NCBI RefSeq assembly: GCF_030028105.1
Contig: NC_092384.1
Coordinates: 12,736,316 to 12,800,315, forward strand
From: Mobula birostris
Lineage: Eukaryota
DNA length: 64,000 bases
Direction of reading: 5' to 3'
Shown: positions 27,015-37,969 of the stretch, in pieces
Numbering within the stretch: the stretch's first letter is position 1
Layout: every line of letters starts with the position of its first letter
Notes under the pieces: generated by a model
What the model saw: the letters and a program-made list of their open reading frames with translations, nothing else
What the model was told of the DNA's origin: nothing
Databases searched by the model: none
Program-made: the position numbers and the translations under genes

Positions 27015-27335
27015 TTGCTGAAGAAGCTTCGATTATCGTGACACAGATTCCTGATCGAGAGATTATATGGATGGGAGGAAACATCACTTTCCATTGCATA
27101 ACCCCTCTTACGTATGACCAGTCAGGAATTGAAGTGCGCTGGCGGAAGCAGGGGGAGAATGAATACCTACAAAATGAACTTACCGGCAGGAAGAGAATAG
27201 GCAGCAAAAATAAAGGAGGGGGCTCTTTTCAACTGCTGAACGCGACTGCCCAGGATACGGGAATCTATCAGTGCGTAGTCATGCGTGACGGAAAAATCAT
27301 AGGAGAAGGAGGAGAATCAAACCTGACAGTGTGTG
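27015..27335 (+). CDS. IgSF VJ-C1 receptor, exon 2: V-set Ig domain with germline-joined J-like G strand
   Basis: Acceptor ttttaatag|; IVTQ..GGNITFHC (Cys B), VRWRKQ (Trp C), DTGIYQC (F), IGEGGESNLTV (G strand); donor TGTG|gtgagt, phase 1. Confidence 0.93.
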
Positions 27336-27783
27336 GTGAGTAGAATGAGTGAGCGGGAACATCTGAACTTATTATATAACGTTACCATATCACTTTGAGA
27401 TTCCTGGAAATATAAGGACCAAACAAAATTTGTTAACTCTGCTAAATGCATTATCTAAAGCTTCGTTTACTGCCTCGTTTTACAATTCGATTTTTTTAAT
27501 ACAGAAAAAAATGGAAAGGTTAGAATGACAGCAGGTATTCTATATTCCATACCAAGCAAAACTACAAACTGAACAGCAAGCCAATATAAATCTGAACCAA
27601 TCTCGGCTTCTTGCGCCCCATTGTGTGAGCTAACCAATATCAGTAATTCATCTGTTTGTCACTTGAAAAGACAGGCAGATAGATGCAGATTTACGGTTTT
27701 ACAGAAGATGCCTTTATTCTCTCACATTGTGTGTTTAGTTTCCTCCCCTCAAAATGTTTTGTTTTACACTTTGTACCCTACAG

Positions 27784-28092
27784 TTGCTCCAACTCCATTG
27801 ACGCTTTCATCCAGGGTTCTCAAGGACTCATCTGCGACTTTGGCACTTGTCTGTGAAACGGCTGAGTTTTACCCTGGAGAATTAAGTGTTACATGGTATA
27901 AAAACGGTACTACGGCCACAACAGATACAAGTACCTATAAACACGAAAATACTGAAGGGTTGTTTAAAGTTTCCAGTTCCTTGCAAGTAAAACAATCAGA
28001 GGTGAACGAGACTGTTTACATATGTTTGGTGCAGCATATCTCGCTAAGGACTCCTGCCATTGCTATCCACACCGTTCCGAATTCTTACCGAG
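27784..28092 (+). CDS. IgSF VJ-C1 receptor, exon 3: C1-set Ig domain
   Basis: Acceptor ttgtaccctacag|; LVCETAEFYPGELSVTWYKNG, NTEGLFKVSSSLQV, YICLVQH are canonical C1 motifs; donor CGAG|gtatga, phase 1. Confidence 0.95.
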
Positions 28093-28891
28093 GTATGAAG
28101 TGAACAAGCAATTAAATTGTCTGACTAGCAATTGAATTCTAACTTTATTGGTGTTGATGACGTTAGGTGATGAAGTCAATATCCCCTCGTTCTACTTTTC
28201 TAGAAATAGACGGCTAGTCCGACATATTTCAGTGTGTGAAGTGATGGGTTTCTGCTAGGCAGTCAGATGGAGCCTCCTAAAGAATATTAAGGTCTTTTAG
28301 TCCCCAAGCTGTTATGTCCTGGAATATAGAAATAGAGGTTTTAGTAGCTACTTTCACTGGATCCTATACTGTTACTGTCCTAGAATATAGGAACAGCTGT
28401 TTTAATAGCTATTTTCGGACAAGCATTAGCGATCTCCTGTAGTTTCTCAATGCTTCAGAATATGCTTCCCCGATGCAGTAGTTCACAAATATAACGTTAA
28501 TTAGGTACACAGAGCCTCGCTTCAGCGGATAAGTAACTGGTTATGCAATATGTATTAATTTATTCAATTTAAGAGAATATTGCTGAGTCTATAGGGATTA
28601 TGAAGATTATGAAGCGTCAAATGTTGCTGTAATATAAAGGCAAGGCAAATAAAATAAACGTTCCAGAATACACATATGACTTAGGCCTCATATTATATTA
28701 TTTTCCGGGAACAAACTGCTTACATACTCTCGACTCACGAGTAAAAAACTATTGTTGGTTGCCTTTGCGTTGTCATCTCACAATGTAGTTTCTTAAAAAT
28801 AAAATTCTGTTGAATCAACAAATAATTCCGAAACCTAATCTTTGTAACGTATTTACAAAGCAAGTTCACTGTCACCTTTCTAATATTGCAG

Positions 28892-29002
28892 AATTTGATG
28901 ACAAATTTATCAACATCTGGAGTTTTCGATGTGCAGTCGGTGGTATAGTCATTTTGATGCTTCTAATTATCGCTGGCAAGAGGTGCATTTCCATGAACAA
29001 AC
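28892..29002 (+). CDS. IgSF VJ-C1 receptor, exon 4: stalk + transmembrane helix (IWSFRCAVGGIVILMLLIIAG) + basic stop-transfer KR
   Basis: Acceptor ctttctaatattgcag|, in frame with C1 (phase 1); donor AAAC|gtatgt. Confidence 0.85.
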
Positions 29003-29383
29003 GTATGTACTAGACTTATTGTCTATTTCCAAGGTATACCGCGAGTAAATAATGAATTTTATTTTCATTCTAGTGATGTGATGCAACTTCACATGAACAG
29101 AAAGCAATTCCGTATTTATAATGTAAATCATTTACTGGTACAAGAGAAAGATAGAGTGCGATATGGAATTAATTAAACCTAATTAATCTGATTTCTAAAC
29201 TCCGTGTCTCAATTTCCGTGTCTGAGTAAAATGACATCTATGTCCATTCCAGAGGTAATGATCATAACGGAGAAACTTCGTGTGATCACAAATGTGGAAA
29301 TGTCATAGGACAAAAATTTTTGTACGAAATTAAAGGTATTTTCAACACACAGAGATTGTCTATTCTTTTCAATGCATATCTAG

Positions 29384-29436
29384 CCTGTTTCTGAAGAAAA
29401 TGCAGATGATTGTCCTTATGTACAGTTATATTCTCA
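29384..29436 (+). CDS. Candidate cytoplasmic micro-exon (PVSEENADDCPYVQLYS in phase 0)
   Basis: Acceptor tattcttttcaatgcatatctag|, donor CTCA|gtaagg; its open frame does not match the phase-1 TM donor directly. Confidence 0.35.
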
Positions 29437-29494
29437 GTAAGGCTTTTTTTTCTTCACATTGTTTTTAAAGTTATCTTTTTCTTATATCTGCAAG

Positions 29495-29518
29495 AGTCTT
29501 CTAGCAGTACGTTCACAA
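29495..29518 (+). CDS. Candidate cytoplasmic micro-exon (QSSSSTFT, phase 1-1)
   Basis: Acceptor ttatctttttcttatatctgcaag|, donor ACAA|gtaaga; frame compatible with the TM exon. Confidence 0.4.
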
Positions 29519-29970
29519 GTAAGATCCTGCTTCCTTGGAATCAATGATCATGCCAGTCACATACTTTGCCTGGATTTATAACTTTTACATGACAATAGCA
29601 AATCCCATTTCTGGACTACCAAGTATGATTTTTTCTTTCAAACTACTGCTATAAGCGTTTTGATGCCGGTGAAGAATAAAATAACTGTAAAACTCGAAAT
29701 CTTATGAAACGCAAAATGTCCCGTTAAATTCTACTCGAGGTATAATTTGCCGTTTTTTACTTATTTTGGAATAAGAGTAATTCCAAGCATTAGTAAATTA
29801 ATATGCATATTCAGGAACTGAACAAGTTGTCCACTAAACATTGCAACTAAAAATAGTCTGTAAACATTGCATTTGTAAGTAGTACTTACCTTCTGAATAT
29901 TAATTATTAACTTTTTTGTACTTTTATATTTGTATCTTGTGCATTCATTTTCTATTATATCTTAATTTAG

Positions 29971-29993
29971 GCAACTGTTTTCCAATCCGTTAG
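29971..29993 (+). CDS. Candidate terminal coding exon (SNCFPIR*), AATAAA at 30090-30095
   Basis: Acceptor ttctattatatcttaatttag|; frame compatible with 29495-29518; polyA signal ~100 nt after the stop. Confidence 0.35.
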
Positions 29994-31134
29994 CCAGGTT
30001 TATTTGAGATCGATCTTTTACATTCCAACACAGTCCATTCCTGTGCGCTGACAATAATGGAACCCAAGAGCGGAGGAAAGACAGACTCCAATAAAAAGCT
30101 GGGGACAAAATTTTATTCATAAGAATTCAACGGAATATCCGTGACTTGGCCGAGCGAACCCGCGAGACGCATTCGTAATGAACTCGTCGTGTCTGCATCG
30201 GGTGTCGGACAGCCTTAGGCTCCCAGGTTTCTGGAGCACCTGAATTTGTTAATTATGCCTTAATGAGAGTCGTTAATCCCATGTGTTCTCTTTAAACCTT
30301 TTAAATTCATTTTGACTGGCACAGCATTTCAGGTTTCTATGATTATTCATGCAAATTCTTTATTCGCTCTTCTCGCGGGATCCTAGCTTTGAGAATGTTT
30401 CATCTCACACTGTCGCTGGGATGAACCACCAGTGTTGTGTTAGAACTTGTTGTGTTAGAACTTGTATTGATAAACCCTGGTTGCCGTCTATCAAGGGGAG
30501 TCTAATTTTCCTCCGAGCTTGCGTTCAGTCATTGCCAGTGCACATGCTGACAGAAACGTTCTGAAAACAGGAACAACACTATTAGCGCTAATCGGGTGCC
30601 CACCTAAATAACACAAGTAACACGGAAAACCCGAGGCTATAAAAATAACCTTATTAAGTTTAAGTAGAAAGCAGCCGGGGAAGAGCGATTCGCTCGAGAA
30701 AAGAAACTCGCGAAACTCCAAACGATTAACAATTAACCAAATCAGGTATTCTTCCCAACCTTGGGGCCCAACACTGTCTGGTTTCGCACACGAGCGGGAA
30801 AAGTTCATTACAATTCTTGCTCCGGAAACAGTCTTCTGTTTCCTCTCTGTATGAAAACTAATATTTTTCCCCTTAAAGAGGAGAATGCATGGTATAAATC
30901 GATCATGTATCACAGTTGCATATTTTATTGGTTCTCTCTTCTGACATGCATTGAAGTTGATGTTCACTCATTGATTTTCCTCAATGCTGTGGATGGATAT
31001 TTTGATCAAAGACTCTGTAAAAGGCTTAATGGATCGTCGCCGCTCTTAATATCTATGCCGCTCATTGTAAGAAACAACCATTTCGAGTTAATGCGACCCT
31101 TTTTAATTGGGGAAGGACAAATTATGAGGCTATA

Positions 31135-33295
31135 AGGCTAGAACTTGTGGTTGTGAATCGGGATGATGTTCTTGCAGGGAAATGTACTATGGACATGTGG
31201 TCGATATTTAGGGATCTCTTGCATCTCATAGGGATCTCTTGGATCTCTTAGGGATAAATTTGTCCCGGTGAGGAAGATAAAGAATCGTCGGGTGAAGGAA
31301 CAACGGGTGACAAGTGAGGTGGAAAATCTAGTCAGGTGGAAGAAGGCAGCATACGTGAGGTTCAGGAAGGAAGGATCAGAGGGGTCTATTGAGGAATATA
31401 GAGTAGCAAGAAAGGAGCTTAAGGGGCTGAGGAGAGCAAGAAGGGGGCATGAGAAGGCCTTGGCGAGTAGGTTAAAGGAAAACCCCAAGGTTTGTGTAAA
31501 CCCCAATTATGTGAAGAAAAAAAGGATGACTGGAGTGAAGATAGGACTGATTAGAGATAAAGGTGGGAAGATGTGCCTGGAGGCTGTGGAAGTGAGCGAG
31601 GTCCTCAATGAATACTTCTTTTTGGTATTCACCATTGAGAGGGAACTGGATGACGGTGAGGACAATATGAGTGAGGTTGATGTTCTGCAGCATGTTGATA
31701 TTAAGGGAGAGGAGGTGTTGGAGTTGTTAAAATACATTAGGATGGATAAGTCCCCGGGGCCTAACGGAATATTCCCCTGGCTGCTTCACGAGATGAGGGA
31801 AGAGATTGCTGAGCCTCTGGCTAGGCTATTTATGTCCTCGTTGTCCACGGGTATGGTACCGGAGGATTGGAGGGAGGCGAATGTTGTCCCATGTTCAAAA
31901 AAGGTAGTAGGGATAGTCCGGGTGATTATAGACCAGTGAGCCTGTCGTCAGTTGTGGGAAAGTTGTTGGAAAATATTCTTAGAGATAGGATCTATGGGCA
32001 TTTAGAGAATCATGGTCTGATCAGGGACAGTCAGTATGGCGTTCTGAAGGGCGGATCGTATCTAACAAGCCTGATAGTGTTCTTTCAGGAGGTGACCAGG
32101 CATATGGATGAGGGAAGTGCAGTGGATGTGATCTACACAGAATTTAGTAAGGCATATGATAAGCTTCCACACAGTAGGCTTATTCAGAAAGGCAGAAGGT
32201 ATGGGATCCAGGGAAGTTTGGCCAGGTGGATGCAGAATTGGCTTGCCTGCAGAAGGCAGAGGGTCGTGGTGGAGGGAGTACATTCGGATTGGAGGGTTGT
32301 GACTAGTGGTGCCCCACAACGGTCGGTTCTGGGACCTCTACTTTTGCAATTTTTATTAACGACCTGGATGTGGGGGTAGACGGGTGGGTTGGCAAGTTTG
32401 CAGACGACACAGAGGTTGGTGGTGTTGTGGATAGTAGAGGATTGTCGAAGATTGCACAGAGACATTTATAGGATGCAGAAGTGGGCTGAGAATTGGCAGA
32501 TGTAGTTCAAACCGGAGAAGTGTGAGGTGGTCCACTTTGAAAGGACAAACTCCAAGGCAGAGTACAAAGTAAATGGCAGGATACTTGGTGGTGTGGAGGA
32601 GCAGAGGGATCAGGGGGTACATGTCCACAGATCCCTGAAAGTTGCCTCACAGGTACATAGGGTCGTTAAGAAAGCTTATGCGGTGTTAGCTTTCATATGT
32701 CGAGTGATAGAGTTTAAGTGTCGCGAGGTAGTGATGCAGCTCCATAAAACTCTGGTTCGGCCACACTTAGAGTATTGTGTCCAGTTGTGTTCGCCTCACT
32801 ATAGGAAGGATGTGGAAGCATTGGAAAGGGTATAGAGGAGATTTACCAGGATGCTGCCTGGTTTAGAGAGTATGAATTATGATCAGAGATGAAGGGAACT
32901 AGGGCTTTATTCTTTGGAGAGAAGGAGGATGAGAGATGACAGGATAGAGGTGTACAAGATATTAAGAGGAATAGATAAAGTGGATAGCTAGCGCCTCCTC
33001 CCCTTGGCACCGCAGCTCAATACAAGAGGACATGGCTTTAAGGTAAGGGTTGGGAATTTCAAGGGGGATATTAGAGGAAGGTTTTTTAACTCAGAGAGTG
33101 GTTGGTGTGTGGAATACACTGCCTGATTCAGTGGTGGAGGCAGATACTCTAGTGAAGTTTAAGAAGCTGTGATGCAGGTATATGGAGGAGTTTAAGGTGG
33201 GAGGTTATATGGGAGTTAGGGTTTGAGGGTCGGCACAACATTGTGAGCCGATGGGTCTGTACTGTGCTGTACTATTCTATGTTCTATGTTTTATG
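31135..33295 (+). mobile_element. CR1 LINE ORF2 3' two-thirds, same subfamily as 1-1860
   Basis: ORFs 31268-31939, 31867-32379 and 32527-32835 with RT motifs; ctatgtt tail; short local tandem duplication tagggatctctt at ~31210-31250. Confidence 0.9.
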
Positions 33296-33617
33296 TTCTG
33301 TATTTTTTCAGAGTTCAGTTCTATTTCTCACAACTTTCCCCACACGTAAGTGTAACATTATGTTCTGCTTATATCGGTCATTCGTGGATGTGGAATAGGA
33401 ATTAAAAATATTAGATAAAAATAAATGCCATTTATTTCTAGTTAAGCACGGAGATACTGATACTGCCGACCATGAAGATTTGGTACGTGTGTGTTTTTTT
33501 TTAAATTCATGAATGCGTTTTAAATCTCAGTAAATATAGCAATGAGGTGGACAGCATGTCGGAACTCTTTCTTAAAGTAACGTTCTCTGCGACAGATCAT
33601 TTTAGTCTTGTTTGTAC

Positions 33618-34611
33618 AGTAGTAGTAGTAGTAGTAGTCATACTCTATTAATCCCGGGGAAAATTGGTTTTCGTTACAGTTGCTCCATAAATAATAAATA
33701 GCAATAGAACCTTAAATAATAATATATAAATTATGCCAGTAAATTATGAAATAAGTCCAGGACCAGCCTATTAGCTGAGGGTGTCTGACCCTCCAAGGGA
33801 GGAGTTGTAAAGTTTGATGGCCGCAGGCAGGAATGACTTCCTATGACGCTCAGTGCTGCATTTTGGTGGAATGAGTCTCTGGCTGAATATACTCCTGTGC
33901 CCACCCAGTACATTATGTAGTGGATGGGAGACATTGACCAAGATGGCATGCAACTTAGACAGCATCTTCTTTTCAGACACCACCGTGAGAGAGTCCAGTT
34001 CCATCCCCACAACATCACTGGCCTTACAAATGAGTTTGTTGATTCTGTTGGTGTCTGCCACCCTCAACCTGCTGCCCCCGCACACAACAGCAAACATGAT
34101 AGCACTGACCACCACAGGCTCGTAGAACATCCTCAGCATCGTCCGGCAGATGTTAAAGGACCTCAGTCTCCTCAGGAGATAGAGACGGCCTCAGTGTTCT
34201 TTGACCAGTCCAGTGTATTGTCAATTCGTATCCCCAGGTATTTGTAATCATCCACCATGTCCACACTGACTCCCTGGATGGAAACAGGGGTCACCTGTAC
34301 CTTTTCTTTCCTCAGGTCTACCACCAGATCCTTAGTCTTTTTCACATTAAGCTGCAGATAATTCTGCTCACACCATGTGACAAAGTTTTCTACCGTAGCC
34401 CTGTACTCAGCCTCATCTCCCTTGCTGATGCATCCAACTATGGCAGAGTCATCCGAAAACTTCTGAAGATGATGAGATTCTGTGCAGTAGTTGAAGTCCG
34501 AGGTGTAAATGGTGAAGAGAAAGGGAGACAAGACAGTCCCCTGTGGAGCCCCAGTGCTGCTGCTCACTTTGTCGGACACAGTGTTGCAAGCACAGTTACT
34601 TGACGGTAGTT
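33618..34611 (-). mobile_element. Rex1/Babar-type LINE, 5'-truncated RT and (tac)n tail
   Basis: TGAPQGTVLSPFLFTIYTSDF..FSDDSAIVG..LQLNVKKTK (34172-34624); HRKSFLPAAIKLYN. Confidence 0.88.
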
Positions 34612-34934
34612 GTGACGTCGCCATGAGTGGATATAGGAAGAGAAAAATAAATTGTTAAAATTGTTCATAAAGTACTTGGATGATAAATGTGCACAAATCT
34701 AATATTTATGCTTAGAGACAGTTATTACACTTATTGATGCTGACTGAATTAATAAAATCGACGTGAATAATTCAAATATATATTCTAGCCAGAGCCCATA
34801 CAATTCGGATAGCATTAGATTTATCAGTTCTGTTTTCAATATTTAAATGAAATCTAGGCCAGTCTGCTCACTGACTGATCACCAGGTATTTGTAACAGCA
34901 TTATACAGTTAAATAAAATACTATTATTTCTGGC

Positions 34935-37333
34935 CCAGGTTGAAGCAAAGAACGGAGCGGACGACGTAGTAGCGGGAGATGGAGTAGGAAGGCTTTGGCT
35001 CGAGAGGCTTTGTCGAGCAGAGGCTGAGAACGGACCTCCTCCCAGTGAGGTAAGGCCGGGTAAATTCCTTTAATTACTCTAATTAAGTTAGGAGTAGGTA
35101 ATAGAGGCAGCAGTTAGTGCAGTCGAGTGCTCTGTTTGCAGAATGTGGGAAGTCAGGTCGAGCATAATTGTGCCTGATGACTACTCCTGTGAAAGGTGCA
35201 TCCAGCTGCAGCTCCTGACAAACCAAGTTAGGGAACTGGAGCTGGAGCTGGATGAACTTCGGATAATTCGTGAGGCAGAGGCAGAAACAAACAGGAGTTA
35301 CAGCGAAATAGTCACCCCTACAAGTCAGGAGGCAGGTAGCTAGCTGACTGTCAGGAGTGGGAACGGGAATAGACAGAATGATCAATAATAAGTATACCGT
35401 TTTGGAGACTGTTAGAGGGGATGACCTACCGGGATAAGTTGCAGTGGTTGCGTCTCTGGCACCGAGACTGGACCTTCAGCTCAGAAAGGAAGGAGGGAAA
35501 AGAGGAGAGCAGTATTGATAGGGGATTCGATAGTTAAGGGGACAGGTAAGAGGTTCTATGGGAGGGATCGAGAATCCCGAATGGTCTGTTGCCTCCCTGG
35601 TGCCAGGGTCCGCGATATCTCGGATCGAGTTCTCAGTATTCTCAACAGGGAGGGTGAGCAGCCAGATGTCGTGATCCATGTAGGGACTAATACCGTGGAT
35701 AGGAAGAAGGAGGAGGTCCTGCGAGGACAATTTAGGGAGTTAGGTGCAAAGTTGAAGGACATCACCTCCAGTGTTGCAATCTCAGGATTGCTACCCGCGC
35801 CACGTGCTGGTGAGGCTAGAAATAGGAAGATATTGCAGCTAAATACGTGGTTAAGGAGTTGGTGCAGGAGGCAGGGCTTTATGTTTCTGGACAATTGGGC
35901 ATTGTTCCAGGGAAGGTGGGACCTGTTCCAACGGGGCGGGTTGCACCTGAACTGGAGAGGGACTAACATCCATGCGGGAAGGTTTGCCAGTGCTGCTCCA
36001 AGGGGTTTAAACTAGATTTGCAGGGGAAGGGGAACAAGAGTGTTAGAGCAGATAGTGAGGTGGAGGAGGATACAGGTCATGAGGGAACTGTACATGAAGG
36101 AAAGCCAGATCTAACATAAGAAGAGGCTTTGAGGAAAGAGAAACAGAATAAAGGGTGTAAGGGTAGTAAGGTAGAAGGGATAAAGTGCATGTACTTCAAT
36201 GCAAGAAGCATCAGGAACAAAGATGATGAACTGAGAGCTTGGATACATACGTGGAATTATGATGAAGTGGCCATTACAGAGACTTGGCTGGCACCAGGGC
36301 AGGAATGGATTCTCAATATTCCTGGATTTCATGGCTTTAAAAGGGACAGAGAGGGGTGAAGGGGGATGAGGAGTGGTATAACTGATCAAGGATACTATTA
36401 CGGCTAACAAAAGGATGGGTATTGCAGCAGGATCCTCTTTTGAGTCAGTATGGGTAGAAGGCAAGAACAGGAAGGGAGCAGTTACTCTATTGGGAGTATT
36501 CTATAGGTCCCCTGGTAGCAGCAGAGATACTGAGGAGCAGATTGGGAGACAGATTTTGGAGAGGTGCAAAAATGACAGGGTTGTTATCATGGGTTGCTTT
36601 AACTTCCCGAGTATTGATTGGCACCTGATTAGTTCCAATGGTTTAGACAGGGCAGAGTTTGTTAACTGTGTCCAGGACGGATTCCTGTCACAGTATGTTG
36701 ACCAGGGGGAATGCCATACTAGATTTAGTATTACGTAACGAACCAGGCTAGGTCACAGATCTCTCAGTGGGTGAATATCTGGGGGACAGTGGCTACCTGT
36801 CCCTGGTCTTTAACATTATCATGGAAAAGGATAGAATCAGAGAGGACAGGAAGATTTGTAATTGGGAAAGGGCAAATTATGAGGCTATAAGGCTAGAACT
36901 TGCGGGTGTGAATTGGGATGATGTCTTTGCAGGGAAATGTACTATGGACATTTGGTCGATGTTCAGGGATCTCTTGCAGGATGTCAGGGATAAATTTGTC
37001 CCAGTGAGGAAGATAAAGAATGGTAGGGTGAAGGAACCATGGGTGACAAGTGAGGTGTAGAATCTAGTCAGGTGGAAGAAGGCAGCAGACATGAGGTTTA
37101 GGAAGCAGGCAACAGATGGGTCTATTGAGAAATATAGGCTAGCAAGAAAGGAGCTTATGAAGTGGCTGAGGAGAGCAAGAAGGGGGCGCGAGAAAGCCTT
37201 GGCGAGTAGGGTAAAGGAAAACCCCAAGGCATTCTTCAATTATGTGAAGAACAAAAGGATGACAGGAGTGAAGGTAGGACCGATTAGAGATAAAGGTGGG
37301 AAGATATGCCTGGAGGCTGTGGAAGTGAGCGAG
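34935..37333 (+). mobile_element. CR1 LINE 5' half: 5'UTR, ORF1 (zinc finger, coiled coil, SGNH esterase), ORF2 APE; cut off by an LTR insertion
   Basis: CSVCRMWEV..CERCIQLQLL..VRELELEL (35100-35343); IGDSIVKG..HVGTN..GLHLN (35515-36015); YFNARSI..ITETW (36129-36359). Confidence 0.9.
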
Positions 37334-37965
37334 TGTCACATACGGTGCTGGGAACGGACCCAAATGCGAGACACAGACACTGAAGTACAATGAACAGGAC
37401 TTGACTAGAATAGGGACATGACATGATTCAGACCCAGGAGCAGGGACAAGAACGTAGACTTGGGCTAGGGAAAGCTGGACCAGGACTAGGAACCATGGAC
37501 TTGGAGACAAGGCTTGGACTCCGAGCCCGAGACTGGACAAGAACCCAGAACCTGGGTCTTGCCTCGGGCTCGGACCCCAGAACCAGGCAAGGACATGACA
37601 TGGCTTCATGACAGGATGGCTGGGGTCTAGAGGCCTGTGCTTGGCTTGAGGCTGAGGTCTTGGGTCTTGAGCTTGGCTTGAGGCTGGGGTCTTGGGTCAT
37701 GAGCTTGGCTTGCAGGCTGGGGTCTGGGGTCTTGGGTCTTGAGCTTGGCTTGCAGGCTGGGGTCTTGGGTCTCGAGCTTGGCTTGAGGCTGGGGTCTTGG
37801 GTCTTGAGCTTGGCTTGAGGCTGGGGTCTTGGGTCTTGAGCCTGGCTTGAGGCTGGGGTCTTGGGTCTTGAGCTTGGCTTGCAGGCTGGGGTCTTGGGTC
37901 TTGAGCTTGGCTTGCAGGTTAGGAGCTTGGCTGCGGGATCCACGAGGCTTGGGCCCCAGCCTCAA
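37334..37965. mobile_element. Truncated LTR of the 15154/46431 family carrying an expanded minisatellite
   Basis: Starts tgtcaca..ggacccaaatgcgagacacagacactgaagtac, homologous to the start of 46431. Confidence 0.7.
37639..37918. repeat. Minisatellite, ~8-9 units of 32/33 bp (g[c]aggctggggtcttgggtcttgagcttggctt)
   Basis: Directly visible tandem units. Confidence 0.95.
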
Positions 37966-37969
37966 TCAC

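Noticed and set aside
30349-30356. Octamer ATGCAAAT 3' of the Ig gene
   Set aside because: A single 8-mer is expected by chance in 64 kb, and it is not in a promoter position
30491-31135. 158-aa minus and 124-aa plus ORFs downstream of the receptor
   Set aside because: No recognisable domain, non-ATG starts, AT-rich intron-like composition
35515-36015. Intact-looking 166-aa SGNH esterase ORF as a host gene
   Set aside because: It is CR1 ORF1 in normal element context, and the catalytic DxxH reads GGLH
37428-37965. Repetitive ORFs (KPSSRPKTP.. / QAKLKTQDP..) of 112-171 aa
   Set aside because: Translation of the 32/33-bp minisatellite; open in several frames; no splice or start context
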